A DNA stretch of 64,000 nt from Thermodesulfobacteriota bacterium (GTDB lineage: Bacteria > Desulfobacterota > Desulfobacteria > Desulfobacterales > C00003060): positions 28,398-92,397 of the forward strand of contig JAXHVD010000018.1 in the NCBI GenBank assembly GCA_034189385.1, in the 5' to 3' direction. A program made the translations under genes and the position numbers. Below, piece by piece: positions 1 to 8,886 of this stretch. How positions within the stretch are numbered: position 1 is the first letter of the stretch; each line of letters starts with the position of its first letter. The notes under the pieces are model-generated. The model was given only the letters and a program-made list of their open reading frames with translations. It searched no databases and was not told the DNA's origin.

Positions 1-524
1 AGATCCATGGCGTCATCGGCATGGTCAAGGCCTACACCACCAGAGTGGGGGCAGGGCCTTTTCCCACGGAGCTTCATGACCAAATCGGCGACAGGATTCA
101 AGAAAAGGGAGCGGAGTTTGGGGCCACCACGGGCAGACGGAGGCGGTGCGGTTGGTTGGATACCGTGGTAGTGCGAAACTCTGCACGCATAAACAGCCTC
201 ACCGGTCTTGCAATCACCAAGCTGGATGTGTTGAGCGGTCTGGACACCTTGAAGATCTGCACGGCCTACCAGCATGGCCAAGATAGGATGTCAGAGTTTC
301 CGGGAGCCTTAGAGGTCCTTGGAAAATGCGCCCCCGTCTACGAGGAAATGCCCGGCTGGTCTGAGGATATTTCAGGGGCCAAGAGCCTGGAGGACCTGCC
401 CGAGAATGCAAAGGCCTATCTGGAGCGCATTGAAGAGTTGACCGAAACGCCCATTCAGATCGTCTCTGTAGGGGCAGGCCGTGAGGCCACCATCGTTCTT
501 GAGAACCCCTTTGATGTCGTCTAG
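1..524 (+). CDS. purA: Adenylosuccinate synthetase, C-terminal part (5' end outside window)
   Basis: KAYTTRVGAGPFPTEL, EFGATTGRRRRCGWLD and TKLDVL motifs; frame is open to the window start. Confidence 0.97.
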   Translation, partial: IHGVIGMVKAYTTRVGAGPFPTELHDQIGDRIQEKGAEFGATTGRRRRCGWLDTVVVRNSARINSLTGLAITKLDVLSGLDTLKICTAYQHGQDRMSEFPGALEVLGKCAPVYEEMPGWSEDISGAKSLEDLPENAKAYLERIEELTETPIQIVSVGAGREATIVLENPFDVV

Positions 525-534
525 GGGCTTGGCC

Positions 535-681
535 TGGTGGCTTCGTAAAAAGTCAGAAAATCGACTTTTCCCTCATACAGGCGGCAGCCGGCATCCAGTT
601 TATTCAGATAGTTATAGAAGCTATGTGCCCCGGACTCCGATCCGGGGTTCACTGCGGTGACGATTCTTGACGAAACCGTGA
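535..681. repeat. Palindromic MITE/REP-like intergenic element
   Basis: Imperfect terminal inverted repeats (tggcttcgtaaaaagtc / gattcttgacgaaaccg); internal hairpin ccccgga-ctccga-tccgggg. Confidence 0.6.
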
Positions 682-684
682 AGA

Positions 685-713
685 TTGACAAATCTAAAGA
701 AGTGGCTTAAAAA
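685..713 (+). promoter_or_regulatory. Sigma70-type promoter for tRNA-Pro
   Basis: TTGACA-17 nt-TAAAAA just upstream of the tRNA. Confidence 0.6.
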
Positions 714-725
714 ATAAGAATCGGT

Positions 726-802
726 CGGGACGTGGCTCAGTCTGGTAGAGCACAGCGTTCGGGACGCTGGGGTCGCTGGTTCAAATCCAGTCGTCCCGAC
801 CA
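726..802 (+). tRNA. tRNA-Pro(CGG)
   Basis: Cloverleaf: acceptor CGGGACG/CGTCCCG, anticodon arm CAGCG-TTCGGGA-CGCTG, GGTTCAAATCC T-arm, encoded CCA. Confidence 0.97.
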
Positions 803-832
803 ACTTCTTCTTTCCGCCCTCAACCCTATACC

Positions 833-1189
833 CTACCTCCCCATCTTCTCCGCGCACTGAACGCAAAGGACACTTTCCGGAAGGACCACGAGCCTTTTGA
901 AGGGGATGGGTTCTTCACACTGTATGCACAATCCAAAATCCGGATCATCTATCATATGCAAAGCACGTTCCAGCCTTGACAGGGTATGCTCTGCCTTTCG
1001 CAATGCCGCCTCATGAATACCTTTGTTGCTTATGGCCTCCATGCGGGTAAGCCGCCCTATGGCGTTGTCCGGTGCCACGGGCCTGGTCAGCTCTTTATAA
1101 GATACAATATCCTTTTTCAGGACACCAATCTTATCCCTCATATGCTCCCTGAGCTTTTCTCGTTGCTCTCTTGTCATGGCTTTCATCAT
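833..1189 (-). CDS. TraR/DksA C4-type zinc finger protein
   Basis: Coiled coil followed by FGLCIQCEEPI...RL...PE...CVQC. Confidence 0.9.
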   Translation of the reverse strand: MMKAMTREQREKLREHMRDKIGVLKKDIVSYKELTRPVAPDNAIGRLTRMEAISNKGIHEAALRKAEHTLSRLERALHMIDDPDFGLCIQCEEPIPFKRLVVLPESVLCVQCAEKMGR

Positions 1190-1208
1190 AGCACCTTTGG
1201 CAGAATGG

Positions 1209-2174
1209 TCACAGGCCCCAAAGGCTCTTCAGTCTCTCGGAATGGGCCACAAGCAGTCTCATGTAAAGGGCCTCAAGGTCGATCATGTCTTGGTCCTGGT
1301 TCCGAAGCCACTCAGACATCCACGCAAAGCGCATGGCCACCACGAACTCACACAAGTGCTCCCAGCTCAAATCGGATATCATGCCTGCCCCTCTCAATTG
1401 CCTGACAAGCTCCTTGACCAGGTCCCCTGACAGACCTCCAGGGTCCTCCATGCCGCTACAGCCGATGAGATTGGCTATATCGTATATCTCAGGCTTGTAT
1501 CCCGAAAACTCCCAATCAATCACTGCATGGATACTATCTGAGGACCATATCACATTAAGCGGATGATAATCCCCATGACAAAAGGCCACGGGCAGCCTGT
1601 CGTGAACGGCCATGAACCTTTTTTCAAGGAAGGCCACCACAGGAACCATTTCTTTGAACAACTCGGGCTTGTGCCTTTTGATTTGAGACATGAGTCCGTA
1701 AATATAGCCCTTTATAGAAAAGGGTTCCAACGGGCTAAAGCCCGGAACATCCCTGGCTTTTTCTCTTAGGTCAATCAGGAAACCAGCCAGGACGCTGCCG
1801 CGCCAATTGTCAAAGACATACCCTGGCCTGTCCAGGGGGGCGCCTTCAATGTAGGGCGCAAGCTGCCAGAAGCGATCATCACAGTTTACAATGCAGCCCT
1901 TGTTCTTCGTGCAAAGGTACGGCCGTATTGCCGGTGTGCCCTGCCGGGAAAGATAATCAAGAAGACCTATGATCCTGTGCTTGTGGCCAACATGGTCTTT
2001 GAAGAGGCTTTCAAGGACATAGAGCCGGTTGTCATGGCAGTGAACAACAAACCTCAGCTCGTACCGCTCCGGACTCCCTGCCATGGGCATGTCTTCTCGA
2101 ATCTCTTTGACCTGGAGATTCCAATGCCTCGCTGCTCTTCTTACGGATGCGTCGATTTGCACCTGCTCAACCAT
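1209..2174 (-). CDS. APH / homoserine kinase type II family phosphotransferase
   Basis: HGDYHPLN (Brenner motif) and IDWE. Confidence 0.85.
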   Translation of the reverse strand: MVEQVQIDASVRRAARHWNLQVKEIREDMPMAGSPERYELRFVVHCHDNRLYVLESLFKDHVGHKHRIIGLLDYLSRQGTPAIRPYLCTKNKGCIVNCDDRFWQLAPYIEGAPLDRPGYVFDNWRGSVLAGFLIDLREKARDVPGFSPLEPFSIKGYIYGLMSQIKRHKPELFKEMVPVVAFLEKRFMAVHDRLPVAFCHGDYHPLNVIWSSDSIHAVIDWEFSGYKPEIYDIANLIGCSGMEDPGGLSGDLVKELVRQLRGAGMISDLSWEHLCEFVVAMRFAWMSEWLRNQDQDMIDLEALYMRLLVAHSERLKSLWGL

Positions 2175-2243
2175 ATTCTGGCTTGGGCTGTTTCACGATA
2201 TTTTATGGCAAATGGTTCGTCACTCATGATGATGAAGCAGGGT

Positions 2244-2281
2244 AAAACCAAAGAAGGCAGGTCGAAACGTCCCTGCCTTCT
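2244..2281 (-). terminator. Probable intrinsic terminator after the large secreted protein gene
   Basis: Stem agaaggcagg/cctgccttct followed by ttggtttt on the minus strand. Confidence 0.55.
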
Positions 2282-2309
2282 ATCAGTTCCCCTTTGGTTC
2301 AGTCAATTC

Positions 2310-5300
2310 TTAGTCATAGGTGCCCAATTGACAGCATCTGATCGCCGGCCATTCAACAAACCGCCCTAATCCCAGGTTGCCCCAGTTCCACTTTCTTGTC
2401 CAATCAACATCATCATTGCCGATATTCATGCCTACACTGAGCTTGACAGCGGCTCCATCTCCCTCCAGAAGCCCACTCGTTTCCAGGCCCCGGATATGGA
2501 TTCGGCACCAGCATGTGCGAAAGTCGAGGTAGGCATGAACAAACCCCACATTCGGGATATGTCCTTTGAAGCGAAACCGTGCGGAACGGTTTTGCACAAA
2601 GGATCCTTTGGGGATGGTCACTGCCTGACTATCGATCGTCACAGTGACGACGTCCTGTTCCGGATCAAAGGGCATGGCGTCATAGGCCAACTTCAGACTG
2701 CCTTGAATCTCGATCCTGTCTTGTTTTGCGCCCCGCCTTTTCCTATCTGTCACCCTCATGCGGTTCACCTCAAAGCATTCCATCTCTGAGGCAACGGAGA
2801 TCACAACCGTCTCCCGGGTTACGTTGTCATCACTATCAAAGACGGTCAGGGTCACTTCATGGAGTCCCCCGGGCAGCCTGGCATGCACGTTTCTACCCTG
2901 TCCAAAGACTGTTGAGCCATATGACCAGGCAAAGGATGTGTCGGCGATGAACTCATCTTCCAGGTCATGGCCATCTCCCTCGAATGCGATCACCTCGCCT
3001 GAAGAGAAATGGCTGTTGGGACTTGGCCCAATGATGAATGCCTTTGGCGGTTTTCCCGGCACCATGAATCTCCCGTCAGAATCGGCTTCGCCCGTGTTGA
3101 AGCCGTCAGTCACAATGACCCGAATCTTTCCCTTATCTCCTCCAGGCAGCATGGCTGTGTTCACTTCATAGGATTCCCCTTGGACGAGCCACGCCACAGG
3201 AAACCAGGAGTTGCCGTCATCGGGAGAATACAAGATGGTGAAGCTCAACAAAGCCTCCTCGTCTTGATCTTCAGCTCTCCATTCGATTGTCTCAAGCCCT
3301 TGCCAGTATTCGCCACCCTTCGGGGCCACCACGATGACGGACGGAGGGTTCTCAGACACCACGATGTCATCTAGGATCTCCTCCTCTTGATGGACTGTCC
3401 TCTTCAGGACGATCTTCGATATCTTTATCTCATCCGGGAGCTGTTCTGACTGGGATGGGAGTTGTATTGGCGATAGTGGCAGGGGGAGCTGGAAGTTGAA
3501 ACCGATCCTTTCAACCTCTTCCCCTTGACGGCTGCTGAGGACCGCCGAAAAGCGCCTGGTCAGCAGGGGGGATCCGTTAGGGTCCTGAACTTCTACGGCA
3601 TACTCGCCGCCGGGGGCCATCTCTTCTGTTGGAAAACCATCTTGAATGAACGCAGGGTGTAAGATGCCTCCGTCTAACCCTATCTCCCCTGAAACGTATA
3701 TGACGGTCATGGGCTCGAGGGCGTATGGTGGATCGGGGGTAAAGAAGTCGAACAGGCTTTCCCACCTGTAGGGAGATATCCAGCTTCCGGGATATATGTC
3801 CACCTCCTCATCGTCCACCACCATTTTGGAATCACAGTATGACATGAAGTCCGGACACGTGTCTGGAACCACCGTAAAGCGTCTCTCTTCAAAATCCTCG
3901 GGATAGCCACCGGGGTCCAACATCCGTCCAAGTCCATCTACCCAAGGGAGACGGGTATCAAAGCCGTATTCGTGGATATGATCGTCCATCCACGGCCAGT
4001 CAGGATCCGGCGAGTCTCCACCACAGCCCCAACCATTGTTCTCATAATCCTCGCAGTCTCCCGCGCCCCCCTCACAGGCTGGGAGTCCAAGCCTTGCGCA
4101 GTCTGCCACGGCATCACCATTGAGACTATTTCGATCATCGGCCTTGCAAGGGCACCCGTGCCAGGTGCAGGGATCCGGGTTCCCCACATGGCGACCCCAC
4201 GTTGCCAGTGTCCAATCTGAAGCCCTGTCCAGGTTGTGATTGATCTCGTGGGCTATAGCATGCTCGTTATACCAGTCGTGTTCTACCCCCAAAATGCCGG
4301 GGGTAAAACGGACATTTCCCACTGACACGAGTCCACGCCCCGGCTCATACGGACTCCACGTGGGATCAGAACGTCCTCCTCCTTCATATACCACGCCATA
4401 CATCTGATCTGGGGGCGTCTTGCCCTTGAGAGCCCAAGACAGCAACAGATTATCGTAGTAGAGGTTCAGCTGTAAAATGGCGTTTGCCTTAATGCAGCTA
4501 CCGTCCTCGCAGAGGCGCACGAGGGGTGTGAACTCTGGGTTGAGCCTCACGAACCTTATGTCCGGTACGGGATAGACGGCCTTCAAGTAGCTTTCCTGCC
4601 GGGCTATATCTATATCCATGGGCAACGTCTCCCCATATGGCTCTGGCAACGCTACGCGTAACGGCACGGTCCAATAGAGCGGGATGTCCCTGGTCTCAAA
4701 GGCGAGGGTAAATGGGGTCGACATGTCCTGACGACGATCAAACAGGTCATAGACGTGGCTGTGGAATCGCACAGTGCCTTCTGTCCAGCCCCGTGGTAGG
4801 CGCAAGTTTGCCGTATGAGACAGCCTCCCCCTTTCAACGGCCGCAGGAGACACATGGAGCATAGACAATGGTGAGCCCGGCAGATCATCGCCATCTCTGG
4901 TTCCGTAAAGATAGACGATGGCCGGTTGGGGAGAGTCGATACCGTCGACTTCAACATAGACCCTTGACGCTGTGGTCTTGCCTTCCACCAGGGGCAAGGT
5001 GTTGAGTCTGTCCTGAACGGCCTGGGTCACCTCTACGCCGTACGCGGTGATGAGCCCTCCAGATTTTTCTTCGTCAAAGCGCAAGGACGCAGCTGGATCA
5101 GCTTCGGGGATATCATCACGAATCTCTTCTGGTACAGATGCCAGCCGAATCTCTATGAGGTCTGAGAAGTCCGTATCAAAGTCTTCCGGGACATTTTCTG
5201 TAAAATCGGGCGTCTCAGAGACAAGCCGCAGGCCCATTCTGACGAGTCCTCCAGGCGCTGCCCCTATCTCACTGAGGTCTATGGCGAACTCCCAGACTCG

Positions 5301-5888
5301 ATGTTCGTTGCACACGGGCGCGAGACCGGAGTCTGGAATATATATCACCTTGGTGCCATCCCAGAAGAAGCAACCGAAACCGGCACCAAGACTTGATCGA
5401 ATAGGGCCTGGGACGAGGGGCGTCAATACCGCAGGGTCCGCGTAGTGGGCATAGCGCATGTTATGGGTCCCGGGGACTTGAGAGTAGTTCAGGTCCACTC
5501 CCTCTGTGATGACGCCGTCTCCATTCACGTCGAAGGTCAGCCAGAAGTCGTCGCCTGGGTCATCTCCTGTGTCGTCGAGGACGTCCACCAGAATATAGAG
5601 CCTCGTTGCGTCGTTACATACGGAGATGAAGCCGTGATCCAAGGCATACCTGGTCTCGCTTCTCATGTCCCATTCAAACCATCCCAGAGATCCATCAATA
5701 TGCGGGGGCCAGTACGTCCTGTAGGGTGAGAACACGTCAGGAACCACCGGTCCAGGTGGTGGTCCCGGCAGTGGCGGTTGCCCGAAGGCAACCCCGTCGT
5801 TTGGAATCAAGGGAGTCGCCACCAAACCCGTCCCAAGGATGATCAAGGTGGCCTGTAGCATGAGCTTCATCATTTGAAAAGCCTTCAT
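2310..5888 (-). CDS. Large secreted multidomain protein with M66-like zinc metalloprotease domain and Ig/PKD-like domains
   Basis: Signal peptide; HEINH, GRH, GFD and DFMSYC motifs; start chosen at ATG 5888 behind AAGGAGGGAGG. Confidence 0.75.
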   Translation of the reverse strand: MKAFQMMKLMLQATLIILGTGLVATPLIPNDGVAFGQPPLPGPPPGPVVPDVFSPYRTYWPPHIDGSLGWFEWDMRSETRYALDHGFISVCNDATRLYILVDVLDDTGDDPGDDFWLTFDVNGDGVITEGVDLNYSQVPGTHNMRYAHYADPAVLTPLVPGPIRSSLGAGFGCFFWDGTKVIYIPDSGLAPVCNEHRVWEFAIDLSEIGAAPGGLVRMGLRLVSETPDFTENVPEDFDTDFSDLIEIRLASVPEEIRDDIPEADPAASLRFDEEKSGGLITAYGVEVTQAVQDRLNTLPLVEGKTTASRVYVEVDGIDSPQPAIVYLYGTRDGDDLPGSPLSMLHVSPAAVERGRLSHTANLRLPRGWTEGTVRFHSHVYDLFDRRQDMSTPFTLAFETRDIPLYWTVPLRVALPEPYGETLPMDIDIARQESYLKAVYPVPDIRFVRLNPEFTPLVRLCEDGSCIKANAILQLNLYYDNLLLSWALKGKTPPDQMYGVVYEGGGRSDPTWSPYEPGRGLVSVGNVRFTPGILGVEHDWYNEHAIAHEINHNLDRASDWTLATWGRHVGNPDPCTWHGCPCKADDRNSLNGDAVADCARLGLPACEGGAGDCEDYENNGWGCGGDSPDPDWPWMDDHIHEYGFDTRLPWVDGLGRMLDPGGYPEDFEERRFTVVPDTCPDFMSYCDSKMVVDDEEVDIYPGSWISPYRWESLFDFFTPDPPYALEPMTVIYVSGEIGLDGGILHPAFIQDGFPTEEMAPGGEYAVEVQDPNGSPLLTRRFSAVLSSRQGEEVERIGFNFQLPLPLSPIQLPSQSEQLPDEIKISKIVLKRTVHQEEEILDDIVVSENPPSVIVVAPKGGEYWQGLETIEWRAEDQDEEALLSFTILYSPDDGNSWFPVAWLVQGESYEVNTAMLPGGDKGKIRVIVTDGFNTGEADSDGRFMVPGKPPKAFIIGPSPNSHFSSGEVIAFEGDGHDLEDEFIADTSFAWSYGSTVFGQGRNVHARLPGGLHEVTLTVFDSDDNVTRETVVISVASEMECFEVNRMRVTDRKRRGAKQDRIEIQGSLKLAYDAMPFDPEQDVVTVTIDSQAVTIPKGSFVQNRSARFRFKGHIPNVGFVHAYLDFRTCWCRIHIRGLETSGLLEGDGAAVKLSVGMNIGNDDVDWTRKWNWGNLGLGRFVEWPAIRCCQLGTYD

Positions 5889-6299
5889 GGTTTGCCTCCC
5901 TCCTTTGCGTAGGAGCCATGGAAACCGGATAGAACAGCGCCTTTCTGATGACCACAACCCCCGCCGTGAAAAGAATGGGGCGCCTTTTTTGTGAAAAGCC
6001 GACGGTGCTCTTTGTGACCCCCGCAGGCCCCACGATAGTCATCTATCAAGGCCATCCCAACAGAGTGCGGCCATGGGGAACTCACGGTGGTGTTTAAGAT
6101 TTCGTTGAAGTTGAAGTGTAGGTGAGGGCAGAATCAGCGCAATGTGAAGATAAGAAACACTTCCCGTATTTTGCCGATAACACAACGCAAAGAGGAAGTC
6201 AATCCGAAAGGAGACGGTTTTGTAAGGCAACACTACACAGTTGATCGGCCATCCACCCTGGTGGAGCCACTTGTTTCTATTCTAAAAAATGCTTTGCCA

Positions 6300-6462
6300 A
6301 AGAATACCACTAGGAGATAACCCTCTTCAATCAGGGCTTCATACGCTCACCAAAACTCAGGCAGAGGATATCAAGGCTGTCTGTGCATGCCTTGGCAATC
6401 TTCAAGGTACGGGGTGTTTCAGCCAGGCGGTAGGCCGCAGGAAAGAAGATAAGGGCTTTCAT
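6300..6462 (-). pseudogene. Frameshifted N-terminal remnant of a probable GT1-type glycosyltransferase
   Basis: MKALIFFPAAYRLAETPRTLKIAKAC...ILCLSFGE continues in another frame as YEALIEEGY; family recognised from memory. Confidence 0.45.
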
Positions 6463-6519
6463 GATGACGCTTCCTAATCGGCCCTCCCATATATTGTTCT
6501 GCCATGTGAGCGGCTTCAG

Positions 6520-6768
6520 CTACTCCACGGAAATGACAATCCTCTCCTTTTTCTTATGTTCCTCAACCTCGACCAGAGTGCCGTGGACATCCGGCTGCTG
6601 AGACAGTTCAATAATCTCCTTTACATCAATGCCCTTTTCCTCCAAGAAAACGGCAGCCTTCTTAGGCACGAGCCTGGACGCGAGTTTCAAAATCCCCCCA
6701 GGGACCGTAATGGTCTTTTCTGGCTTCTTCTCTTTGCCTTTGTATATCCTGATTTTCAGATCCGCCAT
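6520..6768 (-). CDS. Small hypothetical protein (82 aa)
   Basis: Good RBS (AAAGGAG); LKIRIY...TITVP...GIDVKEI...GTLVEVE...IVISVE pattern. Confidence 0.8.
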   Translation of the reverse strand: MADLKIRIYKGKEKKPEKTITVPGGILKLASRLVPKKAAVFLEEKGIDVKEIIELSQQPDVHGTLVEVEEHKKKERIVISVE

Positions 6769-6798
6769 TCCCAGCTCCTTTCCTTTCTTAGAATCTTC

Positions 6799-7287
6799 CT
6801 AGGTACTCGATCTCAGAATCAGCCTTTCATTGTCCCTCCTGAGTTGGGGGCAACGAGACAAAAGCTCATACATGAATGCCATCTTGTCTTTGGGAGAAAT
6901 CAGTGCCCCAAACTTGGCGCCCTTGAACTTGACACGCAGCCGGTCTAATGAACAAGCCGGAGCAGACAGCGGATTGCGGGTCGGAAAAACCTCAACGATG
7001 TCACAAAGCGGTATGCGAGATTCCCGAGACAGGCACCGAATGATCAACTCTTCTTTCGTCAGGATGTAGCATGTTCCAAAGAGGATCCAGGGGATAACAG
7101 CAGCCATGGCGACAAAAAACAGGCTGCCAAAGATTTTAACTAGGGGATGGACAGGCTCTGAGAAGAGGCTTACCGGAATATATAGAAAAAAGACGGAAGC
7201 AGAAAGAAGAAGAATGAACAGCCACCAGTCTATCTTGGTAGGATAACGCGCGTCAGAAGCATGTGACAGATGATCACGATTACTCAT
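6799..7287 (-). CDS. Membrane protein with bacterial PH domain
   Basis: YPTKIDWW, two TM helices, TRNPLSAPACSLDRL. Confidence 0.85.
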   Translation of the reverse strand: MSNRDHLSHASDARYPTKIDWWLFILLLSASVFFLYIPVSLFSEPVHPLVKIFGSLFFVAMAAVIPWILFGTCYILTKEELIIRCLSRESRIPLCDIVEVFPTRNPLSAPACSLDRLRVKFKGAKFGALISPKDKMAFMYELLSRCPQLRRDNERLILRSST

Positions 7288-7292
7288 GTCAC

Positions 7293-7886
7293 TCAAACCG
7301 CAGGGTCGTGCCGTTGGCATTCCTGCCACGGGTCATTGCTGCCCGGTCCGGCAATGCCCTTGAAAGCGCATAGGGCCCCAATCTCCTTGATAAGCTTAGA
7401 TCCCAATTGATTACGATTCCCAATTGTTACTTTTACGCGTTCTACATCAGAACGGCTCTTTAGGCCATCCACAAAAGGATGGGAACGGGACATGACCGTT
7501 GCCAGAACTACCTTTTCCGAATCCAGGCATTCATGCACCACCTCTTTGAATCGCTCAGAGAAGAGTTCCATCTTGCCTATTTCATCAATCAGTATGACAC
7601 TGGCTTCCGAAAGCGCCCTTTTTAATCCCTCCACGCCAATCCTCTCAAAACGAGACACATCAACCCGGTACTTGCCTACCCTTGGCCCAGTCTTGGACTT
7701 GGTGTGCGAGAGGGTGCCAGATGCACCGGAAAAGGTTTCAATCCTGAAACCAACCCTTCTGCCTTTCTCCCGAATCTCCTGTGTATAGAACCCTCCAATA
7801 CCCAGATGCGAAATACCTTCCGCTATGTGACACAACAGCGTTGTCTTGCCTACGCCCGGTTCTCCCTCAAGCAGAATATTTCTCAT
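7293..7886 (-). CDS. THEP1-type NTPase (NTPase_1)
   Basis: GEPGVGKTT, GGFYTQEIRE.GRRVGF, IDEIGKME. Confidence 0.92.
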   Translation of the reverse strand: MRNILLEGEPGVGKTTLLCHIAEGISHLGIGGFYTQEIREKGRRVGFRIETFSGASGTLSHTKSKTGPRVGKYRVDVSRFERIGVEGLKRALSEASVILIDEIGKMELFSERFKEVVHECLDSEKVVLATVMSRSHPFVDGLKSRSDVERVKVTIGNRNQLGSKLIKEIGALCAFKGIAGPGSNDPWQECQRHDPAV

Positions 7887-7931
7887 GATCCTGTGACATG
7901 AATCTTTGAGAGGCAGCCCGTTGGCTAAATG

Positions 7932-8738
7932 TCACGATCTTGGCTGATAGTGCCTTCGAAGCCAAGAAGCCAGCCCATCAAGACCTGGGAAGAGCATCCT
8001 TTCTGTGATGTTTGCCTGATCTAGTTTGTCTCTGATTTCCCACTTCAGTTCCTTTGGGATGATAATGCGTCTGTAAAGCCCTGGATGCTTGTCCAGCCAA
8101 GCTTCCAGGCCTGCGTTTGGGCTTGACATGAAAGAAAACAGGGCAAACTGGTTCACGATTCGTGCATCTATGGATGGTGGCTCAAAGAAGGCAACCAGTG
8201 TATCAGACGTTAATTTGTCAAAACTGCGAATATCGGGCAGTGCTCTTTCCAGCATGCCGACGGTGATGGCATTGGCATTGGCCGCCGTGAGTTGGTTGAT
8301 CAAGGGCTCCGGAAGAAGATGATTCGCCGCCACGAAATCGACTTTCCATATGACGCCGTCCACGTCATATTTGTTGGTTTCGCAGGTTGCGTAGTGCATG
8401 GCCACAAAAGGCGAATAGGTCCAATCAAGCAGTCTCGTCGGCAGGCCGTGATGCTGGGCAAGGGTCATCCATCTCCAGGGGGAGTCACGCATATCCACGT
8501 CATCGTGCCGTGCGTATTTCCTGAAATTCCGCAGCAGGTGATACTCCAATTGCGTCAAATCCCCGCAATTCCGCTCGAAACTGGTCACCAGCCTGTAATC
8601 CTTATTCGATAGGCCCCTAAAGGCATAGTTGGATCGAAAGCGTAAGATATCCTCTTGCCATGACCCTTCATAGACCCCTTCGCACAGATCGGACCAAGAC
8701 TCGATGACCACATCATTTTGTTCAATCGACTTCGTCAT
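7932..8738 (-). CDS. FRG domain protein
   Basis: FRG, AQHHGLPTRLLDWT, RI.NQ, LFPGLDG. Confidence 0.92.
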   Translation of the reverse strand: MTKSIEQNDVVIESWSDLCEGVYEGSWQEDILRFRSNYAFRGLSNKDYRLVTSFERNCGDLTQLEYHLLRNFRKYARHDDVDMRDSPWRWMTLAQHHGLPTRLLDWTYSPFVAMHYATCETNKYDVDGVIWKVDFVAANHLLPEPLINQLTAANANAITVGMLERALPDIRSFDKLTSDTLVAFFEPPSIDARIVNQFALFSFMSSPNAGLEAWLDKHPGLYRRIIIPKELKWEIRDKLDQANITERMLFPGLDGLASWLRRHYQPRS

Positions 8739-8886
8739 TTCCTCCTCACCGAACGATGGCCTTCATGGACAGGGGCACCGTGCCACGGCCCAAGCAAGAC
8801 AATCGCATCATTTCATAGACCTCTCCTTGCTATCTGCTTCTTGCACCCGTCCATAACAGGGGGACAAGCAACGAACAAAAAGGGCC

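Noticed and set aside
621..866. 81-aa ORF containing VGTTGFEPAT
   Set aside because: Reverse-strand translation of tRNA-Pro
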